Counted from the stretch's first letter, positions 22,517 to 38,116 are shown. The stretch: 64,000 nucleotides of DNA from an uncultured Alphaproteobacteria bacterium (GCA_902621855.1 CACNNQ010000005.1:1557-65556), one strand, 5' to 3'. Translations and numbers: made by a program. Notes: generated from the letters alone by a model not told the origin.

Positions 22517-24472
22517 ATGTTGTACGATATAGTAGTAACAAGACCTTTCGACAAAGTTTTCACCTATTCTTCAACAAATGAGCAACTTGAAATTGGTCAA
22601 GTAGTCTTAGTTCCATTTGGAAAAAAAATAGAAGCTGGGATTGTTTGGAAGAAGAATGTTAAAAATCCTGGATACGAAATTAAAGAGGTTACAAAAATTT
22701 GTAAAGATCTTGTCCTTCATAATTCTTCAATCGATTTTATAAATTGGATCACAAGTTATACTTTAGCTCCACTAGGAGCAGTTTTAAAATTATTTCTTAT
22801 AAACAATGATATAGTTGAATTTGATGAAGAAAAATTAGATAATTTCAATGACACCGAACCTTCTTTAGTGAACTTGAGTGAAGAGCAAGCAAACTCATTT
22901 AAAGAAATCATCCTATCATTTAATAAATCAAATAAGCCTGTTTTATTAGAAGGTGTAACAGGCTCTGGTAAAACTGAAGTATATTTTGAAATAATAGATA
23001 AATTTTTAAAAGAAAAAAAACAAATATTAATAATGGTTCCAGAAATTAGCTTAACACCACAATTAGAGACAAGAGTAATGAAGCGTTTTGGAATGGAAGT
23101 GTATTTGTGGCATTCTAAAATTACAAAAAAAAATAGGAAAAAAATTTGGCATAAATGTTTTGCTGGAGATCCAGTCATTGTTATTGGTGCTCGTTCAAGT
23201 TTGTTTCTTCCTTTTACAAACTTAGGATTAATTGTTGTCGATGAAGAACATGACTCTAGTTATAAACAAGAGGACAATATACGTTACCAAGCAAGAGATC
23301 TTGCAGTTGTAAGAGCAAAAATTGAAAAAAATTTTATATTATTAGCTTCGGCAACGCCGTCTTTAGAAACAATAAATAATGTTAAAATTAAAAAATATAA
23401 TCAAGTCTACTTATCAAAACAATTTTCTGGAACTCCATTACCTGAAATTTCTATAATTGATTTAAATAAAAATAAACTTGGAAAAGATAAATGGATATCA
23501 CAATCAATTATAGATTCTATTTCTCAGTGCTTAAAAAATAAAGAACAAACTCTTATTTTTTTAAATCGTAGAGGATACTCACCATTAACCTTGTGTAATA
23601 GTTGTGGATTCAGATATGAATGTGATCAATGTTCATCATGGATGGTTATGCATCAACATAAAAAAGTTTTCTTATGCCATCAATGTGGAACTATTAAAAA
23701 ATTAAATTTAGATTGTCCTCAATGTAATGAAAAAGATAGTATAAAATTTATTGGTCCTGGAGTTGAGAGAGTTGCAGAGGAGCTAAAAGAATTCTTTCCT
23801 GGGAAAAATATTTCCATAATGTCTAGTGACAACGTTAACACACCAAACAAAATTAAAAAATTTATCACTGATATAAACAACAAAGATATAGATATAATTG
23901 TAGCTACACAAATTATGGCAAAAGGATATGATTTTCCAAATTTATCATTAGTAGGAATTGTTGATGCGGATGCAGGTTTATTTGGCGGTGATCCTAGAGC
24001 TATAGAAAAAACTTTTAACCTACTTCAGCAAGTTGGAGGAAGAGCTGGTAGAGGAAAAAAAATTGGTAAAGTTTTTCTTCAAACATATTTTCCAGATCAA
24101 GAAATAATAAAGTCGGTTCAACTTCGAGAAAGAGAAACTTTTATTGAAAGAGCTTTAGAAGAGAGAAAGAATTTTAATATTCCTCCTTTCGGTTTTATGA
24201 CTTCAATAATTCTTTCTAGTCATACAAAAGCTTTAGTTCTTAAATATGCTTCAAGACTAGCTCAACAAGATCAAAATAGTGAAGATATTAAAGTTCTAGG
24301 TCCAGTTGAAGCTCCAATTTCTTTGCTTAGAGGACAATATCGATACAGAATATTACTGAAGAGTAATAGTAGAAAAAATCTGAATAAATTCACAAAAAAA
24401 ATTGTCGAAAAGACTAAATTACCTTCTTCTTTAAAGTTAATTATTGATGTTGATCCCTACTCATTTATGTAA
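22517..24472 (+). CDS. priA: primosomal protein N' (replication restart helicase)
   Basis: 651 aa with Walker A GVTGSGKT, a VVDEEHD box, and a four-CxxC zinc-binding insert (CNSC, CDQC, CHQC, CPQC). Confidence 0.93.
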   Translation: MLYDIVVTRPFDKVFTYSSTNEQLEIGQVVLVPFGKKIEAGIVWKKNVKNPGYEIKEVTKICKDLVLHNSSIDFINWITSYTLAPLGAVLKLFLINNDIVEFDEEKLDNFNDTEPSLVNLSEEQANSFKEIILSFNKSNKPVLLEGVTGSGKTEVYFEIIDKFLKEKKQILIMVPEISLTPQLETRVMKRFGMEVYLWHSKITKKNRKKIWHKCFAGDPVIVIGARSSLFLPFTNLGLIVVDEEHDSSYKQEDNIRYQARDLAVVRAKIEKNFILLASATPSLETINNVKIKKYNQVYLSKQFSGTPLPEISIIDLNKNKLGKDKWISQSIIDSISQCLKNKEQTLIFLNRRGYSPLTLCNSCGFRYECDQCSSWMVMHQHKKVFLCHQCGTIKKLNLDCPQCNEKDSIKFIGPGVERVAEELKEFFPGKNISIMSSDNVNTPNKIKKFITDINNKDIDIIVATQIMAKGYDFPNLSLVGIVDADAGLFGGDPRAIEKTFNLLQQVGGRAGRGKKIGKVFLQTYFPDQEIIKSVQLRERETFIERALEERKNFNIPPFGFMTSIILSSHTKALVLKYASRLAQQDQNSEDIKVLGPVEAPISLLRGQYRYRILLKSNSRKNLNKFTKKIVEKTKLPSSLKLIIDVDPYSFM

Positions 24473-24590
24473 TTTACCCACAATTTTAAAAATATCTTCG
24501 ATTTAACTCATTTGACGCACAAACTGACAGTTTACCTACTTTTTCTGATGTGTTAATAGCCTATCTCTAAACTTCTTATGAATTTAATTT

Positions 24591-25148
24591 ATGACATCTA
24601 ATACATTATCTGGAGATCTTATATCTGAAAGGTACGGAGCAGCTCTCTATGATCTTGCTTCTGAAAAAAAATGTATTGATGATATTCTAAATGATTTTGA
24701 ATTAGTGCAAAAAGCATTGAAAGAAAGTTCAGAATTGAGACAAGTTATTAAAAGTCCATTAGTAAATTCAGATGATAAACTTAATATTTTGCTAAAATTA
24801 TTTTCCAAAGCAAATTTACATAATCTTACAATAACTTTTTTAAAAGTTCTTGATAACAATAAGAGAATTTCAAATATCGCTTCTATTATTTTACAATTTA
24901 AAAAAATAAACTCTGAAAAAAGAGGTGATATTACTGCTGACATAACATCAGCAAATATATTATCTGATGATGAAAAAAATAATATTACAAATCAGCTAAA
25001 AAAATCTTTAGGTGAAAAATTATCTTTAAATTTTGATATTGATGAAGAAATTATTGGTGGTTTAATTGTTAAGGTTGGTTCCAAAATGATTGATACATCT
25101 ATAGCGAATAAAATTAATAAACTTAAAATTGCGATGAAGGGGGCATAA
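24591..25148 (+). CDS. atpH: F1 ATP synthase delta subunit (OSCP)
   Basis: 185 aa, first gene of the atpHAGDC order, with an OSCP-like sequence. Confidence 0.9.
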   Translation: MTSNTLSGDLISERYGAALYDLASEKKCIDDILNDFELVQKALKESSELRQVIKSPLVNSDDKLNILLKLFSKANLHNLTITFLKVLDNNKRISNIASIILQFKKINSEKRGDITADITSANILSDDEKNNITNQLKKSLGEKLSLNFDIDEEIIGGLIVKVGSKMIDTSIANKINKLKIAMKGA

Positions 25149-26683
25149 TGGAAATTAAAGCTGCAGAAATATCGTCTGTTATTAAAGACCAAATAGCTAA
25201 TTTTGAAACTAAAGCTGATGTTGCTGAGGTTGGTACGGTACTAAGTGTCGGAGATGGAATTGCACGTGTGTATGGTCTTGATCAAGTACAAGCTGGAGAA
25301 ATGGTAGAATTCCCAGGCGGTATTAAAGGTATGGCCCTCAACCTTGAAATGGATAACGTTGGTGTCTCAATCTTTGGTGATGATACTGGAATTAAAGAAG
25401 GTGACACAGTTAAACGTACAGGAGAAATCGTTGACGTTCCTGTTGGAAAAGAATTGTTAGGACGTGTTGTTGATGGTTTAGGTAATCCTATTGATGGTAA
25501 AGGCCCTGTTCAATCTTCAGAAAAGAGAAGAATTGAATTAAAAGCACCAGGTATTATTCCTCGTCAAAGTGTATCTGAACCTATGCAGACAGGTATTAAA
25601 GCACTTGATGCTCTTGTTCCAGTTGGAAGGGGACAACGTGAACTAATAATTGGTGACAGACAAACAGGCAAAACTGCTGTTGCTATTGATACAATTTTAA
25701 ATCAAAAATCTGTTAATCAATCAAAAAATGAAAAAGAAAAACTGTATTGTATCTATGTTTCAATTGGTCAGAAAAGATCGACAGTTGCCCAAATTGTAAA
25801 AACGCTAGAAGATAATGGAGCAATGGAATATACAATTGTTGTATCAGCAACTGCATCAGAGCCTGCTCCATTGCAATTTTTATCTGCTTATACTGGCTGT
25901 ACAATGGGTGAGTATTTTAGAGATAATGGTATGCACGCATTAATTGTTTACGATGATTTATCGAAGCAAGCTGTTGCTTACAGACAGATGTCTCTTTTAT
26001 TAAGAAGACCTCCTGGACGTGAAGCATATCCTGGAGATGTATTTTATATTCATAGTCGTCTTTTAGAAAGAGCTGCCAAAATGAGTGATGAACATGGTGG
26101 CGGAAGTTTAACCGCTCTTCCAATTATTGAGACTCAAGCTGGAGACTTATCTGCTTACATTCCAACAAATGTTATTTCCATTACAGATGGACAAATATTT
26201 TTAGAAACAAATTTATTTTTTGCCGGTATTCGTCCTGCTATTAACGTTGGTCTTTCAGTAAGTCGTGTTGGTTCAGCAGCTCAAACAAAGGCAATGAAAA
26301 AAATTGCTGGTCCAGTAAAACTAGAATTAGCTCAATATCGTGAGATGGCAGCTTTTGCACAGTTTGCATCAGACTTAGATGCTTCAACGAAACAATTACT
26401 TGATCGTGGTGCAAGACTAGTTGAAATCTTAAAACAAGGTCAATATTCACCATTAACGGTTTCTGAGCAAGTTATATCTATTTATGCAGGTGTACGCGGA
26501 TATCTTGATAAAGTTGCTGTAGGTGATGTAGTTAAGTTTGAAGCAGAAGTTTTAAATGAAATTAGAACTAAGCATAGTGATTTATTAGATGCAATCGCCA
26601 ATGAAAAAGAATTATCTAAAGAAAATGATGATAAATTAAAATCAATCTTAGACGATTTGGTTGGAAAGTTTGCAAGTAACTAA
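25148..26683 (+). CDS. atpA: F1 ATP synthase alpha subunit
   Basis: 511 aa with the P-loop GDRQTGKT and an alpha-subunit signature region. Confidence 0.98.
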   Translation: MEIKAAEISSVIKDQIANFETKADVAEVGTVLSVGDGIARVYGLDQVQAGEMVEFPGGIKGMALNLEMDNVGVSIFGDDTGIKEGDTVKRTGEIVDVPVGKELLGRVVDGLGNPIDGKGPVQSSEKRRIELKAPGIIPRQSVSEPMQTGIKALDALVPVGRGQRELIIGDRQTGKTAVAIDTILNQKSVNQSKNEKEKLYCIYVSIGQKRSTVAQIVKTLEDNGAMEYTIVVSATASEPAPLQFLSAYTGCTMGEYFRDNGMHALIVYDDLSKQAVAYRQMSLLLRRPPGREAYPGDVFYIHSRLLERAAKMSDEHGGGSLTALPIIETQAGDLSAYIPTNVISITDGQIFLETNLFFAGIRPAINVGLSVSRVGSAAQTKAMKKIAGPVKLELAQYREMAAFAQFASDLDASTKQLLDRGARLVEILKQGQYSPLTVSEQVISIYAGVRGYLDKVAVGDVVKFEAEVLNEIRTKHSDLLDAIANEKELSKENDDKLKSILDDLVGKFASN

Positions 26684-26686
26684 TTT

Positions 26687-29011
<2,325 letters not shown>

Positions 29012-29012
<1 letters not shown>

Positions 29013-29410
29013 TGGCAAACATTTCTTTTGACTTAGTATCTCCCGAAAAACTTTTATTTAATGATAAGGTTGGTATGATAATTGTTCCCGGAAAAGACGG
29101 TGATCTTGGTATTCTTCCAGGGCATAGTAAAGTAATATCCACTTTAAGGCCAGGAAGGGTAATGATTTATGGCGAAGATAAAAATCTTCTAAAATCTTTT
29201 TTTGTGTCTGGTGGATTTGCTGAAATAAACCCAGAAAAATGCATAGTGTTAGCAGAAAATGTTGATGAGTTAAGTTATTTAGAAAAGTCTTTAGTGGAAA
29301 AAGAGATACAACAATTAGAATCTCAAAATGAAATGAAAACAAACGAACAATTATTAATTGCAAAAGCAAAATTAGATGCAATAAACTTCACGTTTTATAA
29401 TACAATTTAA
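29012..29410 (+). CDS. atpC: F1 ATP synthase epsilon subunit
   Basis: 132 aa, last gene of the operon, overlapping atpD by 1 nt. Confidence 0.93.
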
Positions 29411-29419
29411 ATCTAAATA

Positions 29420-32026
29420 CTAAATTTGTTTTTTCTGTCTTATTAAGTGATAAGGTTGATTAGATAAGTAACTATTAAATCCAGGAGAGAAACTAGAGTA
29501 AACCTTTCCAGTGAATTCAAAATAATATTGAATTGGGTAATTTGTTAGAGTAAATGTTTTAGATATAACAGATTTATAATCTTCATTTACTTTTATTAAT
29601 TTTTTCTTACTCCATTTTTTAGATTGATTTACTTCTCTATAATGAAGATATGCTGGTAAGTGATTTTTTTTATTAAGTTTGCAAGATAAATAAATATACT
29701 CACCTCTTTTAAAATATTTTGGAGGTATGTGACTGATCAATATATTTTGATCTACATTCCAATTCTCAATAAGACTGATCATTTTTATATTTTTTTGTAA
29801 TGGCTTTGCTATTTTAGTATTTTGTAAGAGAGATTTTTTCATATAATTAATGTCCTCAACTATAGCAGGTAATCTGTCATCCCATCTTCCTCTTAACCAA
29901 CTTTGTGGACCATAACTAAGATCAGGTAAATAATATTTTTTTGATATAATTGCTGCTTCTTCCCAAGAATTTTTTGCCTTAACATAATTTGATATTGCTT
30001 TATTTCCAACCTTTTTACATTTTGTTAGTAAGTAATATTCCCAAAGTATTGATGATTTAAATTTATAAGTAAAAAATTTACCTATTGCAGATTGTATTAT
30101 TGTATCAATATATATTCTTAAAAATATAGATTTGTTTTTTTTGTAGTTTTTACTTTTAACTTTTAATATATTTTTTTTAGCATCTTTTGAAAATTTATAT
30201 AACCAAACAATCATTGATAAAGGTGAGTATCTATTTATTGATTTTTTTTTATAAAGATAATTAGCTACATTTTTAGGTGACATTATTAATTGAGGATCAC
30301 AACTAGTTGCCATACCAAATCTACTATATTGATGAAGATCGTAGCTATATGGTAACCATGGATCTTTTTTAACTATACTCATATTTTGATAAATTTCTGG
30401 CCAATATGAGTTATTAGATGCTGAAACCCCATGTACAAGCGTAACAAATGGCAATACTCTACTTGCATTTGCAAGTCCAAGTGAAATATTTTTATAATCT
30501 TTACTGAAATAATATTTTAAATACCGTAGATAAGTCTCTTGGTCAGTATTTGGATTATAATTTAATCTTCCCCATATTTTGTAATTATATATATATTTTT
30601 CCCAATCATATTTTGTCCTAAGTTTGCTAACTTTATAATTAAATCTACCTCCTTTAATACCAGTACCCATTCTGCCTTTAAATGAAAGTGGCTCACAAAG
30701 TTCTGTCCCTAGTGAATCACAAAAGGTAGATAATTTTCCATATCCCGCTGCTAATTCATGATCAGCCCAAAGAAGCACCCTTTGTGTACCAGGCCATATC
30801 CTAAATAAAATATTATACTTTCTATTTTCTTTTAGAAGATCACCATAGCTATATCTCAAGAACTTTCTTGAACCTTCACTGAAAGACCATTTTTTATTTA
30901 CGGTTTTTCTTGGTGGGAACTCTTGTTTTCGAATCGATGCTTGGTGATATGGGAGCCCCATATGTTCTGATATATACTTTGGTGAAATTGATAAACTATT
31001 GGTATTTTTTAAAGCTATATTAATTAATTTATCATCAATACCCTTAGCATGAAGATCAAGATTTAGTTTACGACCACACTTTTTGATTGCTTGAAAATAA
31101 ATTTTCCAAAAATTATAATCTTTTTCAGGTATTCCGCATTCTACATGAACCCTTAGGGTTATCCCTGTAATGTTTGGACATTTTTTCAATATTAACGATA
31201 AAGAGTCTCTACAATATTTTGCATAATTTAAGCCTTTTGGATAATTTAAAATTTGAAAGTTTGCATTTGGAACTTCATCAAAATCGTATTTTTGTGTCCA
31301 TATTGCTAATTGAAATTCTAAACCTCTTTTCTGAGCTTCTTTTGAAATATATTGAATGATTTTTAAATTTTTATCTCGCTCTTTTTTTGAAAATTTTGTT
31401 AATTTAATTTTATAACCTTTTGGCTGAACAATAAAAGGATATGGCAAATATAAGTAAACGTCTTTAATAAATTCATTTCCATATGGATAATTATATTGCA
31501 TACCTAATGTAAGAGTAAATCTATTAAAACGTTCAGATATTAATAAGGTAAGATAATCATCCCATGATTTTTTGTCATAAAACCATTCTTTATCCTCATC
31601 TATGCTCTCAAAACATTTTGAAATGGATCTAATTTTAGTTTTGGGTGATTCAACGATTTCATTTTCTAAGATTAGTTTATTATTTTTTGAATATATAATT
31701 ATATCTGCTAGTTCAGTAATAGAATAAATAAAACCCCTATTATCATTTGCATAAATTAGTATTTTATTATCATGAGGGATTATTGCAAAGGACTCATTTT
31801 TTTTTGAAAGCTTAATTTTAATATCGAAATTTTTTTTTAAAATATTTTCATTATTAAATAAGAAAATTATATTTTCTTGTGTATTTATAATACTTTTGTT
31901 TAGTGAAAGTTTTATTTTATATTTAGAGCAGATTCTTTTTAGATAATTTAAACCCCATAGTATTTTTTTATCTATTAATCTTTGGTCAATATATTTATAG
32001 GATACTATAAATTTTGATATATTCAT
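29420..32026 (-). CDS. large uncharacterised protein, possibly glycoside-hydrolase-like (very tentative)
   Basis: An 868-aa uninterrupted ORF whose ATG overlaps the rppH TGA (ATGA). I see no N-terminal signal peptide. Segments RFNRFTLTLG, RVHVECGIPE and DLHAKG are reminiscent of TIM-barrel hydrolase families, from memory only. Confidence 0.8.
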   Translation of the reverse strand: MNISKFIVSYKYIDQRLIDKKILWGLNYLKRICSKYKIKLSLNKSIINTQENIIFLFNNENILKKNFDIKIKLSKKNESFAIIPHDNKILIYANDNRGFIYSITELADIIIYSKNNKLILENEIVESPKTKIRSISKCFESIDEDKEWFYDKKSWDDYLTLLISERFNRFTLTLGMQYNYPYGNEFIKDVYLYLPYPFIVQPKGYKIKLTKFSKKERDKNLKIIQYISKEAQKRGLEFQLAIWTQKYDFDEVPNANFQILNYPKGLNYAKYCRDSLSLILKKCPNITGITLRVHVECGIPEKDYNFWKIYFQAIKKCGRKLNLDLHAKGIDDKLINIALKNTNSLSISPKYISEHMGLPYHQASIRKQEFPPRKTVNKKWSFSEGSRKFLRYSYGDLLKENRKYNILFRIWPGTQRVLLWADHELAAGYGKLSTFCDSLGTELCEPLSFKGRMGTGIKGGRFNYKVSKLRTKYDWEKYIYNYKIWGRLNYNPNTDQETYLRYLKYYFSKDYKNISLGLANASRVLPFVTLVHGVSASNNSYWPEIYQNMSIVKKDPWLPYSYDLHQYSRFGMATSCDPQLIMSPKNVANYLYKKKSINRYSPLSMIVWLYKFSKDAKKNILKVKSKNYKKNKSIFLRIYIDTIIQSAIGKFFTYKFKSSILWEYYLLTKCKKVGNKAISNYVKAKNSWEEAAIISKKYYLPDLSYGPQSWLRGRWDDRLPAIVEDINYMKKSLLQNTKIAKPLQKNIKMISLIENWNVDQNILISHIPPKYFKRGEYIYLSCKLNKKNHLPAYLHYREVNQSKKWSKKKLIKVNEDYKSVISKTFTLTNYPIQYYFEFTGKVYSSFSPGFNSYLSNQPYHLIRQKKQI

Positions 32027-32493
32027 TTATTTATGAATAAATCTTTAAACTCATCTAATATTATTTTGTATGTATTTCTTTTAAATGGAACAATATTTTC
32101 TACTAAAAGATTATGGTTAGTCCATCTCCATTCACTAAATTCTGGGTTTTCTGTACCAACGTTTATCTCTTCGTCTGAACCTTTAAATCGAAATGCAAAC
32201 CACTTTTGTGTTTGACCAATAAACTTGTGACCCCATGGCAGTGTCTTTAAAGTTTCAGAAGGTATTTCGTAGTTGATCCAATGAGCTGATTTTTTAATCA
32301 TTTTTGCATTTTTTGTTCCTATTTCTTCATGCATTTCGCGCCAAACTGCTTCCTCCGGATTTTCATTTTCATCAATACCACCTTGAGGCATTTGCCAATG
32401 CCCACTCGGGTGATCCATTCTTTTACCAACTAATATTTTATTATCATCATTTAAGATCATCATTCCAACACATTTTCTGTACTTGTTTTGCAT
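32023..32493 (-). CDS. rppH: RNA pyrophosphohydrolase (NUDIX)
   Basis: 156 aa with the Nudix box GGIDENENPEEAVWREMHEEIG. Confidence 0.9.
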   Translation of the reverse strand: MQNKYRKCVGMMILNDDNKILVGKRMDHPSGHWQMPQGGIDENENPEEAVWREMHEEIGTKNAKMIKKSAHWINYEIPSETLKTLPWGHKFIGQTQKWFAFRFKGSDEEINVGTENPEFSEWRWTNHNLLVENIVPFKRNTYKIILDEFKDLFINK

Positions 32494-32517
32494 TTTGTAT
32501 ATTTGCTTTGGTTTATT

Positions 32518-33822
32518 TCACTTATCTCGTAAGCTATCTAAACTAATTCCTTTTACTAAATTAATCGCTCTTTGAAGTTGGTAGTCAATCTTTAATCTTT
32601 TCTCAAATTCGGACAACTCTTTATCAGTTTCTTTATTGTCACTTATAACTTCTTCGTCTTTATCTAATGAATCTTTAAGGTCAGCTTCAGAAAAACTCTT
32701 AAAGTCATATGACTCAAATTCACCTTGTTCGATAGTAATATCTGGAGTAATTCCCTTACCCTGTATAGACTCCCCTGAAGGCGTATAGTATCTTGCAGTA
32801 GTAAGTCTTATTCCTGTCAATACGTCGCTATTTGATACTTGAAATGGTATTATTGTTTGAACAGATCCCTTACCAAATGATTGTGTCCCAATAATTATAG
32901 CTCTTCTGTGATCTTGTAGTGCACCAGCAACAATTTCTGAGGCTGAAGCTGACCCTCCATCTATAATTACAACTAAAGGTTTTCCATTAATTCTATCAGC
33001 TTTTTTTGCTCTATATCTTTTTATATCTTGTTTATCTCTACCACGTGTAGATACAATTTCTCCTCTTGCTAGAAAAATATCTGTAACTTTTACTGCTTGA
33101 GTTAAAAGCCCACCGGGGTTTGAGCGTACATCTAATACATATCCTATAATGTTATTAGAAGCAGAAGATTGGATTTCATTTATTGCATCGATCAAACCCT
33201 TTTCAGTCTGCTCATTAAATGAAGTAATCCTTAAATATCCAACATCATCTACAACCTCACTTTTTACTGATCTAATTTTAATATAATCTCTTATAATCTT
33301 TACCTCAAAAGGCTCGGTGTTATCTCTTGAAATTGTAACAACTATTGGAGCTCCTCTCTCTCCACGCATTAGTTCCACAGCTTCATTTAAAGTCAAACCA
33401 AAGACCGGTGTATCATCTATTTGAATTATATAATCTCCTGCTAATATTCCAGCATCATATGCGGGCGTGTCCTCAATGGGAGCAATTACTTTTACAAAAC
33501 CTTCTTCCATAGTTATTTCTATTCCAAGACCGCCAAACTTACCTTTTGTATCCATTTGCATTTCTTTCCAGATATCCTCATTCATATAACCTGAATGTGG
33601 ATCTAGACCAGATAACATACCATCTATAGCTTTTTCAATTAACTCCTGGTCACTCACTTCTTCAACATAGGAAGATCTAACCCGATCAAATACTTGTCCA
33701 AATAGATCTAAATATTTGTACTTTTCTTCGTTATTATCATACGAGTATGTAGAAGGTGAAAAAAATATTAAAAAAATGTAGATATATATTTTTAATATTT
33801 TATTAGAATTAATTAAATACAT
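32518..33822 (-). CDS. ctpA: carboxy-terminal processing protease (S41)
   Basis: 434 aa with a signal-like N-terminus, a PDZ region, and S41 segments (NPGGLL, GSASASEI, FGKGSVQ). Confidence 0.92.
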   Translation of the reverse strand: MYLINSNKILKIYIYIFLIFFSPSTYSYDNNEEKYKYLDLFGQVFDRVRSSYVEEVSDQELIEKAIDGMLSGLDPHSGYMNEDIWKEMQMDTKGKFGGLGIEITMEEGFVKVIAPIEDTPAYDAGILAGDYIIQIDDTPVFGLTLNEAVELMRGERGAPIVVTISRDNTEPFEVKIIRDYIKIRSVKSEVVDDVGYLRITSFNEQTEKGLIDAINEIQSSASNNIIGYVLDVRSNPGGLLTQAVKVTDIFLARGEIVSTRGRDKQDIKRYRAKKADRINGKPLVVIIDGGSASASEIVAGALQDHRRAIIIGTQSFGKGSVQTIIPFQVSNSDVLTGIRLTTARYYTPSGESIQGKGITPDITIEQGEFESYDFKSFSEADLKDSLDKDEEVISDNKETDKELSEFEKRLKIDYQLQRAINLVKGISLDSLRDK

Positions 33823-33826
33823 TATA

Positions 33827-34177
33827 TTAAGCTAGTTGAGTTTTAGAAGAATCAAAGTTAACTTCCCATAATTTTTCTAAATTATAAAGATCTCTTGTTT
33901 CTTGTCTAAATAAATGAACGATTATGCTACCTGTATCAACAATAATCCAGTCACATTGTGGCCTGCCCTCTGGATTAGGACATTTTACTCCAATTTTTTT
34001 TAAACTTCTTATTAGTTCGTCTGCAGTTGAATCTGCATGTCTTGTCGATCTACATGTGGCTATTATGAAACTATCAGCTATCGAAGATTTATTGGTTAAA
34101 TCAATTATTTTTAAGTTTTCAGCCTTAGCATCATCTAATATAGAAATAATCTTATTTGATAGAGATGATTTATTAAT
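33827..34177 (-). CDS. rsfS: ribosome silencing factor RsfS (iojap-like), with a probable non-canonical ATT start
   Basis: Hand translation of the minus strand gives (I/M)NKSSLSNKIISILDDAKAENLKIIDLTNKSSIADSFIIATCRSTRHADSTADELIRSLKKIGVKCPNPEGRPQCDWIIVDTGSIIVHLFRQETRDLYNLEKLWEVNFDSSKTQLA. This has a clear RsfS layout downstream of nadD. The frame contains no ATG/GTG/TTG, and the gene is absent from the ORF track. Confidence 0.8.
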   Translation of the reverse strand: MNKSSLSNKIISILDDAKAENLKIIDLTNKSSIADSFIIATCRSTRHADSTADELIRSLKKIGVKCPNPEGRPQCDWIIVDTGSIIVHLFRQETRDLYNLEKLWEVNFDSSKTQLA

Positions 34178-34754
34178 TTTTACCTCTGAGTTTTACTCTT
34201 TGTTCTCTAATTTCTGTAGAAGAAATTTTTATTTCTTTATTCTCTACGAATAACCAAGATGGAACAGCATCAAATTCATCCAAAAGGATATTATATTTTT
34301 TTATTTTACTATTGTTAAATTTTTGTGCAGTAATACTTTTCAATGCCTTAGTATTATATCCATGTCTTCTAAAAATAACAATAGACATATTGTTAAAGAT
34401 TTTTTGCCATTTTTCCCATTTGTGGAAATTTATTAAATTATCTGCACCCATTAACCAAAAAAATTTAATACTTTTATAATGATTTACTAAATAGTTAATT
34501 GTTTTGTATGAATAGTCTGAATTTATATTTTTTTCTATCTCTTTAATCTTAATTGGTAAATTTCTAGAAATACTCTTACAATTTTTTACTCTTTCAACGT
34601 AAGTTGCTGGTTTTGAAATTTTTAGAGGATTCTGGGGTGTTACTAACCACCAAATTTCATCCAGTTTAAGAATTTTTTTTGCTTCCAATGATATAAACAA
34701 GTGACCTTTATGAGGTGGATCAAACGAACCTCCAAGCAGACCAATTTTTTTCAA
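34173..34754 (-). CDS. nadD: nicotinate-nucleotide adenylyltransferase
   Basis: 193 aa with GGSFDPPHKGH and a late ISSTEIR motif. Confidence 0.93.
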   Translation of the reverse strand: MKKIGLLGGSFDPPHKGHLFISLEAKKILKLDEIWWLVTPQNPLKISKPATYVERVKNCKSISRNLPIKIKEIEKNINSDYSYKTINYLVNHYKSIKFFWLMGADNLINFHKWEKWQKIFNNMSIVIFRRHGYNTKALKSITAQKFNNSKIKKYNILLDEFDAVPSWLFVENKEIKISSTEIREQRVKLRGKN

Positions 34755-36004
34755 CTATGGCCTTTCCTGACCATTTCCATTTACAACATATTTAAATGTT
34801 GTTAAGTGCTTTGTTCCTACAGGTCCTCTTACATGGATTTTGTCCGTTGATATTCCAATTTCTGCACCAAAACCAAATTCACCTCCATCTGCAAATTGTG
34901 TTGATGCATTTTTGAGAATTATTGCACTGTCAATTTTATTATAAAATTTTTCAAAGGTTCTTTCACTTTCTGTAATTATACTTTCCGTATGTCCAGAAGA
35001 ATAATCATTTATATGCTTAACCGCTTCGTCAACTCCTGAAACAATTTTTACTGATAAAATTTTATCTAAATATTCTAATGACCAATCTTCTTCATTCGCA
35101 GTTTTAAAATCACTATCTAGCGACTGAATATATTTATCGCCTCTAATTTCACAATTTACTTCTTTTAGAGGTTTTAATATTTTCATTGCTTCGTCTTTAA
35201 TTTTTTCATCAATTAAAAGTGTTTCTGCAGCACCACAAATTTCAGGACGTCTCATTTTACTATTAAAAACTACTTTTTCTGCAATGCCTATATCAGCATC
35301 TTTATCTACATACACATGACATATACCATCTAAATGTTTGATAACAGGAATCTTGCTTGCTGAATTAATTTTTTCAATCAAACCTTTACCGCCTCTAGGA
35401 ATAATTACGTCAACATAATCTCTCATACTAAGTAAATGATCAACAGCTTCTCTTCCAGGTGTATTGATCATTTGGACACAATGTTCGGGTAAACCAGCTT
35501 CCGTGAAAGCATTTGTAATATTATTTACCAATTCCTTAGAGGAATGAAAACTATCACTACCACCTCTTAAAATTATACAATTGCCTGATTTAATTGATAG
35601 ACAAGACGCATCAACAGTGACGTTTGGTCTTGATTCATAAATCACTCCTAATACACCAAGTGGCGTTGAAATTTTACGAAACTGCAAACCATTAGGCCTT
35701 TCCCATTTTTCTAATGTAATGCCAATTGGATCTGGAATTTCGATTATATCTTGAATTGATGTAATCAATCCATCAATAGATTTTTCAGTTAATGTAAGTC
35801 TGTTTATTAATGGCTTTGCTAAAGATTTTTTTTTACCATTTTCTAAATCTATTTTATTAGCTTCAAGAATTTTTTTTCTGTTTTTATTTAAATTTTTAGT
35901 GAGTTTTGTTAAAGCAAGATTTTTTTGATCACTGCTACAAACTTTCATGTTTAGAGAGGCAGTTTTTGCTCTTTTGCCTAATTCAATAATATTATTTTCA
36001 ATAC

Positions 36005-36008
<4 letters not shown>
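34755..36008 (-). CDS. proA: gamma-glutamyl phosphate reductase
   Basis: 417 aa of the aldehyde dehydrogenase fold, with a CGAAETLLI segment. It abuts nadD and overlaps proB by 4 nt. Confidence 0.95.
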
Positions 36009-38102
<2,094 letters not shown>

Positions 38103-38116
38103 TTAATTAATTGGGA

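Noticed and set aside
24473-24590. Candidate sigma70 promoter for the atp operon (TTTACC, 17 nt, TAATAG; also a TTGACG box)
   Set aside because: Each hexamer matches the consensus only weakly, and many such matches occur by chance in AT-rich DNA. There is no supporting evidence.
33924-34253. 109-aa plus-strand ORF from the track
   Set aside because: It lies antisense to a clearly recognisable rsfS coding sequence and the end of nadD. Its sequence is low-complexity and has no family resemblance.
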